NCBI GenBank assembly: GCA_018334675.1
Contig: JAGXLL010000006.1
Coordinates: forward strand, 43,356 to 107,355
Length of the DNA stretch: 64,000 nt
Source: Bacteroidales bacterium
GTDB taxonomy: Bacteria > Bacteroidota > Bacteroidia > Bacteroidales > UBA12077
Reading direction: 5' to 3'
Below are positions 55,437 through 64,000 of this stretch, piece by piece; the first letter of the stretch is position 1; the number at the start of each line of letters is the position of its first letter. The translations under genes and the position numbers were made by a program. Under the pieces are notes generated by a model. It was not told where the DNA came from. It was given only the letters and a program-made list of their open reading frames with translations, and ran no database searches.

Positions 55437-58288
55437 GTTTTTATTCTTATTTTCTTTAAATAGATCACAGCGGGTTTGGTATTGAGCTCGCCCAGCAGCT
55501 GATACCTTCTTCTGTCTTCGTAAAGCTGGCGAACACGCGAATTCTTGTCATGCAAATCCCCAAAAACGATGGCATCTGTAGGACAGGTCTGTACACAGGC
55601 CGGCTGTATTTCCTGGTCCCGGATCGCCCGGTTTTCTTTTTTGGCCGTTTGCTGCACACTCCTGATCCGCTGAACGCAGAAGGTGCATTTTTCCATTACC
55701 CCATGATCTCTGACGGTTACGTCGGGATTGAGCTGCAGATTGGTGGGGAATTCATGCTCATGGCGCACCCAGTTGAACCGGCGTACCTTGTAGGGACAGT
55801 TGTTGGAGCAGTAACGTGTTCCAATACAGCGGTTGTAAACTTGGGCGTTGAGCCCTTCTTCGGTATGCACGGCAGCAAAAACCGGACATACCGGTTCGCA
55901 GGGAGCATTGTCACAGTGCTGGCAGGGAACAGGAAGGAACCCGGTGCGTTGTTCATCCAGCTTATAAGGGGTCACCTTGAGCCAGCTCATCTCCCGGCCT
56001 TCTTCCAGGTTTTTGCGGCCTACGGTGATGATGTTGTTTTCAGCATAGCAGGCAGCCTCACAAGCCTTGCAACCAATACATTTCTGAAGGTCGATCACCA
56101 TCGCCCACCGGTGGTCCTTATGCTCGTGGGGCTCATACATGTCGTGTTTCTTATCGTAGCCCCTGGGCAATGGCCAGTTGATCTGATCTTTATGGGCGGT
56201 TCCACCGGTAAGCTTTTCCAGGTCCACATGCCTGAGCAGTTCCCGTTCATGCTGATCATCTGTTGGTTGTAGATATAGTGGGGTATCTGTTTGACCGGTT
56301 TTCTCAACGTTCACGCGAAACCCTTTGCCCGGATCCTCCATAAGGGCAAAGGCATTGATGCCCGTGCCTTTGGCATTTTCCCCCATGGCCCGGTGGCCCT
56401 GGCCGGCATACATGGCAATGGTGTTGGGATCGGTGTCGCTGGTGAGGCGAACCGGTACTTCCAGGGTTTGTCCCCCTGCTGAAACCCGGATGCGTTCACC
56501 ATCCCCAATGCCCATTTCCTTTGCCTTCCGGCTGTTCATCTCAGCCCAGCTTTGCCAGACAATGTTGGTGATGGGATGAGGAATCTCCTGCAGCCAGGTT
56601 CGGTTGGCAAGCCTGCCATCATAAAGGAAAAGCGATGGATAAAGCATGAAATGGAAGCTTTCATCCGACAATTTATAACGGATGGCTGATGGATCGGGTT
56701 TCACAGGTTGCATCGCGGGGTGATCCTTTCTGAAGCTCGCCCGGATGCAGGCCGACTGCAAAGCTTTGTCGTAGAACTGTTTGGTCTGGTCGGCTGCCAG
56801 GCTTTTTCCTCCGCGCTTCAGCGCCCCGTTGTTTTTCAGTGACCAGTCCTGCCAGTAGGTTCTTACCCGGTCCTTATAGGAAATCGAAGGAGACTCATGG
56901 GTCAGCTCCATGAGAATTTCCCCGGCTGAGCGGGTGTCGAACACCGGAGCCATCGTGGGTTGCATCAACGAAAGGGTACCTCTCCAGGGCTCGTAGTCCC
57001 CCCATTCTTCCAGGGGATAGTTCGAGGGCAGCACCCAGTCGGCCAGCTCAGCCGTCTCATTCATCATGGTACCTATATAGATCACCTGGCCGGCTTGCCG
57101 GATGTATTCTTCCAGACCCGGCTCGGTAAATACCGGGTTGGTATTGTGTATGACCAGGATGTCATCGCTGGTCAGCGAGTGGAAGAATTCATGTGCCTCT
57201 TTCTTTGGAGCGGTAAAGCTTAAGGCATGATATTGCGCGAAGTCAATTCTATTCTGATTGCCCAGCAGTTCGTTGAGCAATGCGCCAGCTTTGGCTGCTT
57301 CCACTGCCTGGGGTGAGTTGTCTGAGGGAGAACCGGCCAGGATAAAGGGATCCCTGGCTTGCAGGATGTGGTCGGTCAAAGCATTCAGGGTGGCCTCGTC
57401 CAGTCCGGTGTTTCCCTGAACCGCCGGAATACGGTCTTGGTAGCGGCTGTCTTGTATCGCTCCTCTTTCCTTCAGTCGATTTGCAAGGGTATATAGTATA
57501 AGTGCTTCGCTACCCGGCTCAATGCGGATATACCGGTCGGCATTGGCTGCCGACAGGGTGCGGGTGGCTCCAAGATATATATACTTACCTATTTTATTGT
57601 TTTTCAGAGAATGAAAATCCCCGAAACTCCTTGCATATTCCACCGGTGCCAGCCAGGTCTCCAGGAAATCGGTGTTGAAGCTCACGATTAAATCACATCC
57701 TTCCAGGTCGTACCGGGGTATGCGGTCTTGATTGTAAAGCTGCTGATGGGCCTTGCGAATGGCCTCATAATTAAAGGCTTCATAATAAACCGGTGCGCGA
57801 CCGCCGAATTTTTTTGTGAAAGACTCCAGGGTCCTGGCCATGGAGCCAGTCTGTATATCGGAAACAACTGATGGCCTCGCCTGATTCAGTCCCTCGCGAA
57901 TGGCATCCAATGCCTCCTGCCAGTTGCTTTCGCGGTGTGTGCCGTCTTCCTGGCGGTTCAACACTTTAGTGAGCCTCTCCGGATCATATTGACCCTGTAC
58001 GGATGATTGACCGCGGATACAAAGCTTACCCCGGTTGAGGGGATGAAATGGATTGCCTTCGGCCTTGGTGACCCTGCCGTCGCGGTGCCACATCAGCATC
58101 CCGCATCCGGCCGGACATTCCCTGCAGGTGGTGGCAAAAAAGGCCCACTCACCCGGTTTGGGATATTTGGGTGGGTTGACATAGGGAATGAGCTTCTCTA
58201 CAAATTGCCTAGCAGGCTTGAACATAACGGCTGCTCCTGAGCCGCCCGTAATCCATAAAAAAGCCCTTCTTGAAATGTTTCCTAGCAT
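55433..58288 (-). CDS. actB: Tat-exported molybdopterin-oxidoreductase-like domain fused to a 4Fe-4S dicluster domain (ActB-like)
   Basis: 951 aa with Tat motif ISRRAFLWITGGSGAA. An N-terminal CX2CX3CXnC motif reads CRECPAGCGM...LCIRG. C-terminal ferredoxin motifs are CIGCKACEAAC, CQHCDNAPCEPVCP, CIGTRYCSNNCP and CVQTCP. Confidence 0.85.
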   Translation of the reverse strand: MLGNISRRAFLWITGGSGAAVMFKPARQFVEKLIPYVNPPKYPKPGEWAFFATTCRECPAGCGMLMWHRDGRVTKAEGNPFHPLNRGKLCIRGQSSVQGQYDPERLTKVLNRQEDGTHRESNWQEALDAIREGLNQARPSVVSDIQTGSMARTLESFTKKFGGRAPVYYEAFNYEAIRKAHQQLYNQDRIPRYDLEGCDLIVSFNTDFLETWLAPVEYARSFGDFHSLKNNKIGKYIYLGATRTLSAANADRYIRIEPGSEALILYTLANRLKERGAIQDSRYQDRIPAVQGNTGLDEATLNALTDHILQARDPFILAGSPSDNSPQAVEAAKAGALLNELLGNQNRIDFAQYHALSFTAPKKEAHEFFHSLTSDDILVIHNTNPVFTEPGLEEYIRQAGQVIYIGTMMNETAELADWVLPSNYPLEEWGDYEPWRGTLSLMQPTMAPVFDTRSAGEILMELTHESPSISYKDRVRTYWQDWSLKNNGALKRGGKSLAADQTKQFYDKALQSACIRASFRKDHPAMQPVKPDPSAIRYKLSDESFHFMLYPSLFLYDGRLANRTWLQEIPHPITNIVWQSWAEMNSRKAKEMGIGDGERIRVSAGGQTLEVPVRLTSDTDPNTIAMYAGQGHRAMGENAKGTGINAFALMEDPGKGFRVNVEKTGQTDTPLYLQPTDDQHERELLRHVDLEKLTGGTAHKDQINWPLPRGYDKKHDMYEPHEHKDHRWAMVIDLQKCIGCKACEAACYAENNIITVGRKNLEEGREMSWLKVTPYKLDEQRTGFLPVPCQHCDNAPCEPVCPVFAAVHTEEGLNAQVYNRCIGTRYCSNNCPYKVRRFNWVRHEHEFPTNLQLNPDVTVRDHGVMEKCTFCVQRIRSVQQTAKKENRAIRDQEIQPACVQTCPTDAIVFGDLHDKNSRVRQLYEDRRRYQLLGELNTKPAVIYLKKIRIKT

Positions 58289-58372
58289 GTCGTCGGGGTT
58301 GTCATGGTTTTATGTTTTTTATATGCTGAATGCCGGTAGTGTTGTGGATTATAATAAGTTATACCAATATAT

Positions 58373-58380
58373 CAAAAATA
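58373..58380 (-). promoter_or_regulatory. Candidate -7 box (TAnnTTTG) for the ACIII-oxidase operon
   Basis: The minus strand reads TATTTTTG about 85 nt upstream of the actB ATG. I saw no well-spaced -33 element. Confidence 0.25.
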
Positions 58381-58832
58381 TTAAGTGCGGTCAACCTTAT
58401 TTTTCCTTTTGGAGCTGGATGCGGACCTATGGGTCTGCATCCATTTATTTGATAATGACATTGTTATTGTGTTTATTAAAAATGAGAATAAATAGTGGAG
58501 TTGGTAGGGGATTTGGAAAAGTAGGGTGTATGTTACCCAAATACGAGTCAAGATGAGTTTGCAGGTTGAACCGCTGTTTTGTGGAGTTTATCTATAGAGG
58601 GACATACCATACCCCTTAGCATGGACTTCGATTTTTTTTTAGGGGCATTTAAACTCCTGTTGTTATTTGGCATTCATATTAAGTGGGTTTTATGATTTTA
58701 TAGATCATGATAATTGAAGTCTATTCAATTTGGATTTTTTGGAACGCTGGGTTTTAAGAATGCTCTTATTAATCGCTCTCAGGATTTATTCGGAAGAAAC
58801 ATCCTTACATTCGAATCATTAAATACTCTATT

Positions 58833-61145
58833 ATGAAGAAACATCTTTCAATATTTGCCATGGCTTTATGCTTACTTATCATGGCAGTTTCCATGGGGCA
58901 GGCTCATGAAGAAAAAGATAAGAAGTTAACCGTTCAGGATTATGCCCGGGCTCAGGGCATGATGGCCGATTCGCTGAATGAGCTGATCCTCCGACGAATC
59001 AACAGCAGCGGCTGGACCGGGAGCAACCATTTCTGGTATAATACAAATACGCTCCGGGGGCATCAGTTTTTGGTGGTGGATCCCCAGGAGAAAACCAAGA
59101 AACCCTTGTTTGATCATGCCAGGCTCGCCAGAGCCTTGTCTGAGAAGGAGAGTAAGGAGATAGAACCTTTCAACCTGCCTTTCCAACGCCTCCAATTCTC
59201 GGAGGATGGAAACAGGATATTTTTCAGTCAATACAGCTACAACCTGGAAACGGGTCAATTAAAGAGGAGGGAAGAAAGGGGCAAACGTCCACGAGCTTTT
59301 GGAGCCGCCAGCATCTCTCCCGATGAAAAGAAAGAGTTGTTCATACGGGATCACAACTTGTGGCTCAAAAGGACCGGTTCAGAAGAAGAAAAGCAACTCA
59401 CCGAAAAAGGGAAAAAAGATTTTGGCTATGCCACCAACAATGCAGGATGGATAAAGAGCGATGAGCCGGTGGTGCTTTGGTCGCCCAACTCTGAGAAGAT
59501 TGCTACTTTCCGTCAGGATGCCCGGGAAGTGAAAGACATGTACCTGACCACCACCAATGTTGGTCATCCTGAGCTGGAGGCATGGAACTATCCATTGCCC
59601 GGAGACGAGCACATATTCCGGCTGCACCGGGTAATCATCCAGCTGAATCCGCTGAAGGTGGTGCCCTTAAAGATGGAGCCGGATGCCCAGCGCTCTTCCA
59701 TAACCGACCATGTGGCCGACTGGGATGGCTCCCTGCTGGATGCTCAATGGAGTGCCGATGGCTCCAGGCTGGCTTTTGTCTCCACATCCAGGGATTATAA
59801 GAAGGTGACCCTGCGGGTGGCCGATGCCCGGACCGGCGAAGTACGGGATGTTTTGACGGAGACGGTTCCGACCTTCTTTGAATCGGGCTTTTCTGAACCC
59901 AACTGGCGGGTCTTCTTCGAGAAAAATGAGGTGTTGTGGTTCTCCAAGCGGGACAACTGGGGGCACCTGTACCTCTATGACCTTAAAACCGGGAAGATGA
60001 AGCGCCAGATCACCAGGGGCAACTGGAATGTGAAACGCATCGTGGAGATCGACCACGAAAGAGAGTTGATCTATTTTGTCGGTTCCTGCCGGGAACCAGG
60101 AAACCCCTATCATGAGTATCTTTACAGGATCTCCATGGATGGGGGTGGACTGGAATGCCTGACACCGGAGAGCGGCCACCACGAGCTCAGCTTTTCTCCC
60201 AGCGGCAAGTACTTTGTGGATACCTGGTCGTCGGTGGAAGAACCTGCTGTCACAGTCTTGCGGGAAAAGGACGGAGGGATCATCAAAAAGCTGGAAGAAG
60301 AGGATATTTCAAGGCTTCAGGAGAGTGGCTGGCAGAAACCCGAATTGATCCAGGCCAGGGCGGGGGACGGTCAAACCGAGCTGTACGGCATCTTATATAA
60401 GCCCACCGATTTTGACCCAAACAAAAAGTATCCCATCATCAACCAGATCTATCCCGGTCCGCAAAGCGGCAGCGTGCGGAGTTTTAGCTTCAGGGCCGTC
60501 AGCAGCCGCCAGGCCTTGGCTGAGCTGGGCTTCGTGGTGGTGGCTGTCAACGGCATGGGCACGCCCGGGCGATCTAAGTCTTTTCACGATGCCTATTATG
60601 GTAATATGGGCGACAACACCCTTCCGGATCAGATCACCGTGATGAAACAATTGGCCGACAGGCATCCCTGGATCGATATTGACCGGGCAGGGATATATGG
60701 TCATTCCGGAGGCGGTTTTGCATCAGCCGACGCCATATTAAGGTATCCCGATTTCTTCAAGGTGGCCGTCTCCCAGTCCGGCAACCACGACAACCGCAAC
60801 TACGAAGCCCCCTGGGGCGAGAAATGGCACGGCATGCTGAAGCGTTATGGCCGGGACAGCACCAGCTATGACAGCCAGGCCAACCAGCTGCTGGCGGAGA
60901 ATCTCGAAGGACATCTGCTGCTGGCCCATGGTATGATGGACGACAATGTGCCGCCCTACAATACCCTGCTGGTGGTGCAGGAGCTGATCAAAGCCAACAA
61001 GGATTTCGACCTGATCCTGTTCCCCGGCAGCCGACATGGCTACCGCTACAACGATTACATGACACGCCGCCGCTGGGATTACTTCGTTCGGCACCTGATG
61101 GGAGCTGAGCCGCCCAAAGAATATGATTTCTCGGGTGAGAAATGA
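58833..61145 (+). CDS. S9 family serine peptidase, dipeptidyl-peptidase IV-like (beta-propeller plus alpha/beta hydrolase)
   Basis: 770 aa with a signal peptide. The DPPIV_N-like propeller carries WSPNSEKIA and WSADGSRLAF. The catalytic motif is GIYGHSGGGF, with later D and H residues (GMMDDNV, GSRHGY). Confidence 0.86.
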   Translation: MKKHLSIFAMALCLLIMAVSMGQAHEEKDKKLTVQDYARAQGMMADSLNELILRRINSSGWTGSNHFWYNTNTLRGHQFLVVDPQEKTKKPLFDHARLARALSEKESKEIEPFNLPFQRLQFSEDGNRIFFSQYSYNLETGQLKRREERGKRPRAFGAASISPDEKKELFIRDHNLWLKRTGSEEEKQLTEKGKKDFGYATNNAGWIKSDEPVVLWSPNSEKIATFRQDAREVKDMYLTTTNVGHPELEAWNYPLPGDEHIFRLHRVIIQLNPLKVVPLKMEPDAQRSSITDHVADWDGSLLDAQWSADGSRLAFVSTSRDYKKVTLRVADARTGEVRDVLTETVPTFFESGFSEPNWRVFFEKNEVLWFSKRDNWGHLYLYDLKTGKMKRQITRGNWNVKRIVEIDHERELIYFVGSCREPGNPYHEYLYRISMDGGGLECLTPESGHHELSFSPSGKYFVDTWSSVEEPAVTVLREKDGGIIKKLEEEDISRLQESGWQKPELIQARAGDGQTELYGILYKPTDFDPNKKYPIINQIYPGPQSGSVRSFSFRAVSSRQALAELGFVVVAVNGMGTPGRSKSFHDAYYGNMGDNTLPDQITVMKQLADRHPWIDIDRAGIYGHSGGGFASADAILRYPDFFKVAVSQSGNHDNRNYEAPWGEKWHGMLKRYGRDSTSYDSQANQLLAENLEGHLLLAHGMMDDNVPPYNTLLVVQELIKANKDFDLILFPGSRHGYRYNDYMTRRRWDYFVRHLMGAEPPKEYDFSGEK

Positions 61146-61283
61146 TATATCCAACACCTCCCTCCATTTTTCACGAGGTGGCTCAAGATGAGCCTCATGT
61201 GGAAGGTGAGGGATGGGTATTTTTGGGATTAGAATCCAAAAACCCTTAAAGCCCCTTTCTTATTTTTTTTTAAGGCATGGCTG

Positions 61284-62165
61284 TTAGGTTGAGAACTTTA
61301 TTTTTTCACGGCTGATAAATTCTTTTAATCTATGGGGATCTTGGCCGGTAATTTCCTGGACAGTATTTGTAAGGCGGGCAGCATTGTTTGAAAAACGGGG
61401 CAGATAATGCAGCATGATCATCACAAAAATCATGTTTTTGCTGATTCCCTGCCTTCTTTTAGCCCTGTAAAACTTCAATAAGTTGGGGCTTTCGTAGATA
61501 ATTTCTCTGCCCAGCTGCACCGATAATTCTTCCGCCACTTTTTCAAATCCACAAAATTCAGTACCCGTCATTTCATAGGACCGGTTTTTATGTTGTTCAA
61601 AATCATTCAGTATATGAGCCCCGACAGAACCAATATCTCTGGCATCGATCCAGTTGAATTTAAGCTTGCCGGCCGGGATAAATATTTTGTTTTCATGCTT
61701 GATTTCGGGCAATAAGGTGGTGGTAATATTTTGCATAAAATATCCTGGCCTGAGAAAAGCATATTCAAGATCCTTCTCCTGGATCAGCTTTTCCATTTTA
61801 TGATGGGGTATGATTTTTTGATTTTCTACACCCTGAACCGACAAAAAAACGATTTTTTGTATTCCCGCTTTTTTCATCTCTTCAATAAAAGGAGCAAAAA
61901 TTTTTGAAATATTGGCCAGATGGGGCGGACGAAGCAGAAATACAACATCAATGCCCTTTAATGCTCCTTCAAAAGTCTTCTTTCTGGTAAAGTCAAGATA
62001 CCTGAAAGTAAGATTGTCAAAACCGGAAAGTTTTTGTTTGGCCTTTTCAATATTATGATTACCGGCAACGATTTGGTGAGGGGTCTTGATTTCTGCCAGC
62101 CCCCTTATTAATTCATATCCTATATTGCCTGCGGCACCCGTGATAAGTATTCGTTTTTGCTCCAT
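61284..62165 (-). CDS. NmrA-like / atypical SDR NAD(P)-binding protein
   Basis: 293 aa. ILITGAAGNIGYEL is a Rossmann motif, and the fold pattern is NmrA-like. Confidence 0.78.
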   Translation of the reverse strand: MEQKRILITGAAGNIGYELIRGLAEIKTPHQIVAGNHNIEKAKQKLSGFDNLTFRYLDFTRKKTFEGALKGIDVVFLLRPPHLANISKIFAPFIEEMKKAGIQKIVFLSVQGVENQKIIPHHKMEKLIQEKDLEYAFLRPGYFMQNITTTLLPEIKHENKIFIPAGKLKFNWIDARDIGSVGAHILNDFEQHKNRSYEMTGTEFCGFEKVAEELSVQLGREIIYESPNLLKFYRAKRRQGISKNMIFVMIMLHYLPRFSNNAARLTNTVQEITGQDPHRLKEFISREKIKFST

Positions 62166-62548
62166 TTTTGTAAAAGTTTAATCCAAACCATATAACAGAA
62201 TTCTTTAATTTTACTTTTTATGGTCTACCTCACCGCCGCTTGATTTACCGATGCGGATCTTACCGGGATCTCCGTAAAAATCAATATCATGTACTGGATC
62301 TTATTTTTTCACTGAATAATCAGGCAAAATGTATTGCTTGATCAATTTACAATAGATCAAAAGTGAGAATAAAATCGTAATTTTTTGTGATTTTTTGCCG
62401 TGAACTTCTACTATAGGTTAAGAGATGAAAAAATTAGCCGAACCAATTTAATATGAAACCCGCATGAACAGTCCTGTACAACGAGGATAGGATATAGCAT
62501 GCGGGTTCTATGAGGCCAGTGGAATAAATACATGAAATACCGATCTAA

Positions 62549-63055
62549 ATGGAGCCTGACCTGAGAGAAGAATTCATACAAATGATCACCCGTTACCAGG
62601 GGATTTTGCATAAAGTATGCCTGATCTACTTTCACAATGAAACAGACAGAAAGGACAACTTTCAGGAGATCCTCTATCAATTGTGGAAAGCCTATCCGGA
62701 TTTACAGAAAAAGGGCAGCATGGGTTCATGGATCTACAAAATAGCGATCAATACATCCATTGTCAAAATTCGCAAGGATTCCAGGTATGTTCATTCCCCG
62801 GTGTTCCCGGAAATACCCGATTCTTCTGATTTCCTGGGGCAGTATGCCTGGAATGAAAATGTAAGACTTCTGATATCAGCCATTCAATCTTTAAATGATA
62901 TGGATAAGTCCCTTATGTTCCTCTACCTGGAGGAAAAGAGCTACCAGGAAATAGCTGATATCACAGGGATTTCTGTTTCCAATGTGGGAACCAAAATCAA
63001 CCGCATCAAATCACAGTTAAAAACCACTTTAAAAACATTGAATCATGGAGAATAA
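62549..63055 (+). CDS. RNA polymerase ECF-type sigma-70 factor
   Basis: 168 aa. Region 2 reads FQEILYQLWKAYPDL...WIYKIAINTSI. Region 4 reads MDKSLMFLYLEEKSYQEIADITGISVSNVGTKINRIKSQL. Confidence 0.8.
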   Translation: MEPDLREEFIQMITRYQGILHKVCLIYFHNETDRKDNFQEILYQLWKAYPDLQKKGSMGSWIYKIAINTSIVKIRKDSRYVHSPVFPEIPDSSDFLGQYAWNENVRLLISAIQSLNDMDKSLMFLYLEEKSYQEIADITGISVSNVGTKINRIKSQLKTTLKTLNHGE

Positions 63056-63653
63056 CGAGTTTAAGAACATATGGGTGGAGGTCGATGGTATGTTGACCCC
63101 CAAAAGCCCGGATGAACTGAGAAATATCTTAAGCACGAAAGCCAAAATGATTGTGAAAAGGTATGGCGCTGCCACCTTGGGTTCAATCATTTTATGTGCT
63201 GCGGTCGTGGCCTTTTCCATTACAGGGATTATTAAATACGCTTCAGATGCCTATTACGTGACCAATAACGTTTTACTTTCCCTGGTTGCGATGGTATATC
63301 TTGTTTACTATCTGATCCTGAAAAGAAAGCTGTCTTATTCAGACAGTGTCAAGTTGCCGGTACGGGATTCTATTCAGAAGGCCTGGTATGTATTGTCCGG
63401 GGCGATGAAAGTAAGGCTTGAAATGATACTTGCCCCTTTCCTGGGATTGTTTTTGATGCTTGCCATTCATCGATACTTTGAATCCAATGATTTGCTTTCC
63501 TTATTGCAGGATGAAGAAACCATGTGGGGTTTACTCTTTGGTATAACAGCAGCCGCCTTTGCCGGGATATTTATATTCAGAGAGATACGGAAATACTTTA
63601 ACAACCAGTTACAGATACTGCATCACTACATGGATCAGCTGAAGTCTTTATAA
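63045..63653 (+). CDS. Polytopic membrane protein, possible cognate anti-sigma partner
   Basis: 202 aa with about 4 TM segments. It overlaps the sigma gene by 11 nt. Confidence 0.45.
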   Translation: MENNEFKNIWVEVDGMLTPKSPDELRNILSTKAKMIVKRYGAATLGSIILCAAVVAFSITGIIKYASDAYYVTNNVLLSLVAMVYLVYYLILKRKLSYSDSVKLPVRDSIQKAWYVLSGAMKVRLEMILAPFLGLFLMLAIHRYFESNDLLSLLQDEETMWGLLFGITAAAFAGIFIFREIRKYFNNQLQILHHYMDQLKSL

Positions 63654-64000
63654 TACGCCCCATTGCCGCAACCGGCAAACGGAGGTGTTGAAACTCCACC
63701 TTGCTGGACTCTATTCCCGAAGAATCAATAATAAAGACCGATTGGTTTATTCTATGGATGCACAGGTAGTTACAGTCTGTGTATTGAGTGCCTGGTCGCA
63801 TTATGGCAATAAATAAGCGCATATCACCCTATGGCTCGAATTCCAGGCAAAAAGCATTGTGGTTAATGAGTTTTTGTTGAATGTAGTGCAAGGGCAGGTT
63901 AGGTCGCTGAGATTCTGGTATTGCTGGTAAATTTCGTTCTGATTGCAGATACATTCAAAAGCTTTTCCCTTTTCTCGGGAGTAAGCCTAATATCTTTATT

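Noticed and set aside
55433-58288. A possible in-frame TGA selenocysteine or a split gene in the Mo-pterin-like subunit.
   Set aside because: The 951-codon frame is uninterrupted, and no SECIS-like context is needed. The expected metal-ligand position does not carry Cys or Sec.
58188-58556. A 122-aa plus-strand ORF spanning the actB start and the divergent promoter region.
   Set aside because: It overlaps the well-supported actB N-terminus in antisense and then runs through AT-rich promoter DNA. It has no motifs and an implausible composition.

Overview
This is a chromosomal segment with Bacteroidota character: TAnnTTTG-type -7 boxes, few Shine-Dalgarno sites, ExbB-ExbD-TonB, TamB, ECF sigma operons, an RRM protein and alternative complex III. 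About 55 CDS are mostly housekeeping: gdhA (partial), mgsA, ychF, sugE, tsaD, hisS, hutH, alaS, def, ruvX, thioredoxin, CCA-adding enzyme, Nif3, two M23 peptidases and an S9 peptidase. I found no rRNA, tRNA, CRISPR, IS element or recognisable defence system. Seven things stand out. (1) Two tandem giant paralogs (1254-7816) fuse a pseudo-receiver, a receiver, a PPDK_N ATP-grasp domain and an uncharacterised C-terminal module, with no phosphohistidine domain. (2) Three tandem ~90-100 bp hairpin units with co-varying stems sit in a 750-bp AT-rich gap upstream of the RRM gene. (3) A 10-kb single-strand operon (48304-58288) carries rearranged ACIII genes (actB, actC-D fusion, actF, actA) running directly into C-family (cbb3-like) oxidase genes, three unassigned small membrane ORFs and an ActE-like cytochrome c. 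(4) A PflX-type radical SAM protein carries a consensus twin-arginine signal. (5) Two decayed genes are present: an acyl-CoA ligase and a transketolase remnant. (6) A mosaic low-complexity repeat family (RAGGCT hexamers, AACNTTCY octamers, the word TTGTTGAAT) appears in several intergenic regions. (7) A promoter- and terminator-bracketed pair of overlapping 40- and 34-codon membrane ORFs was not in the ORF track. All functional calls rest on motif recognition by eye; no searches were run.
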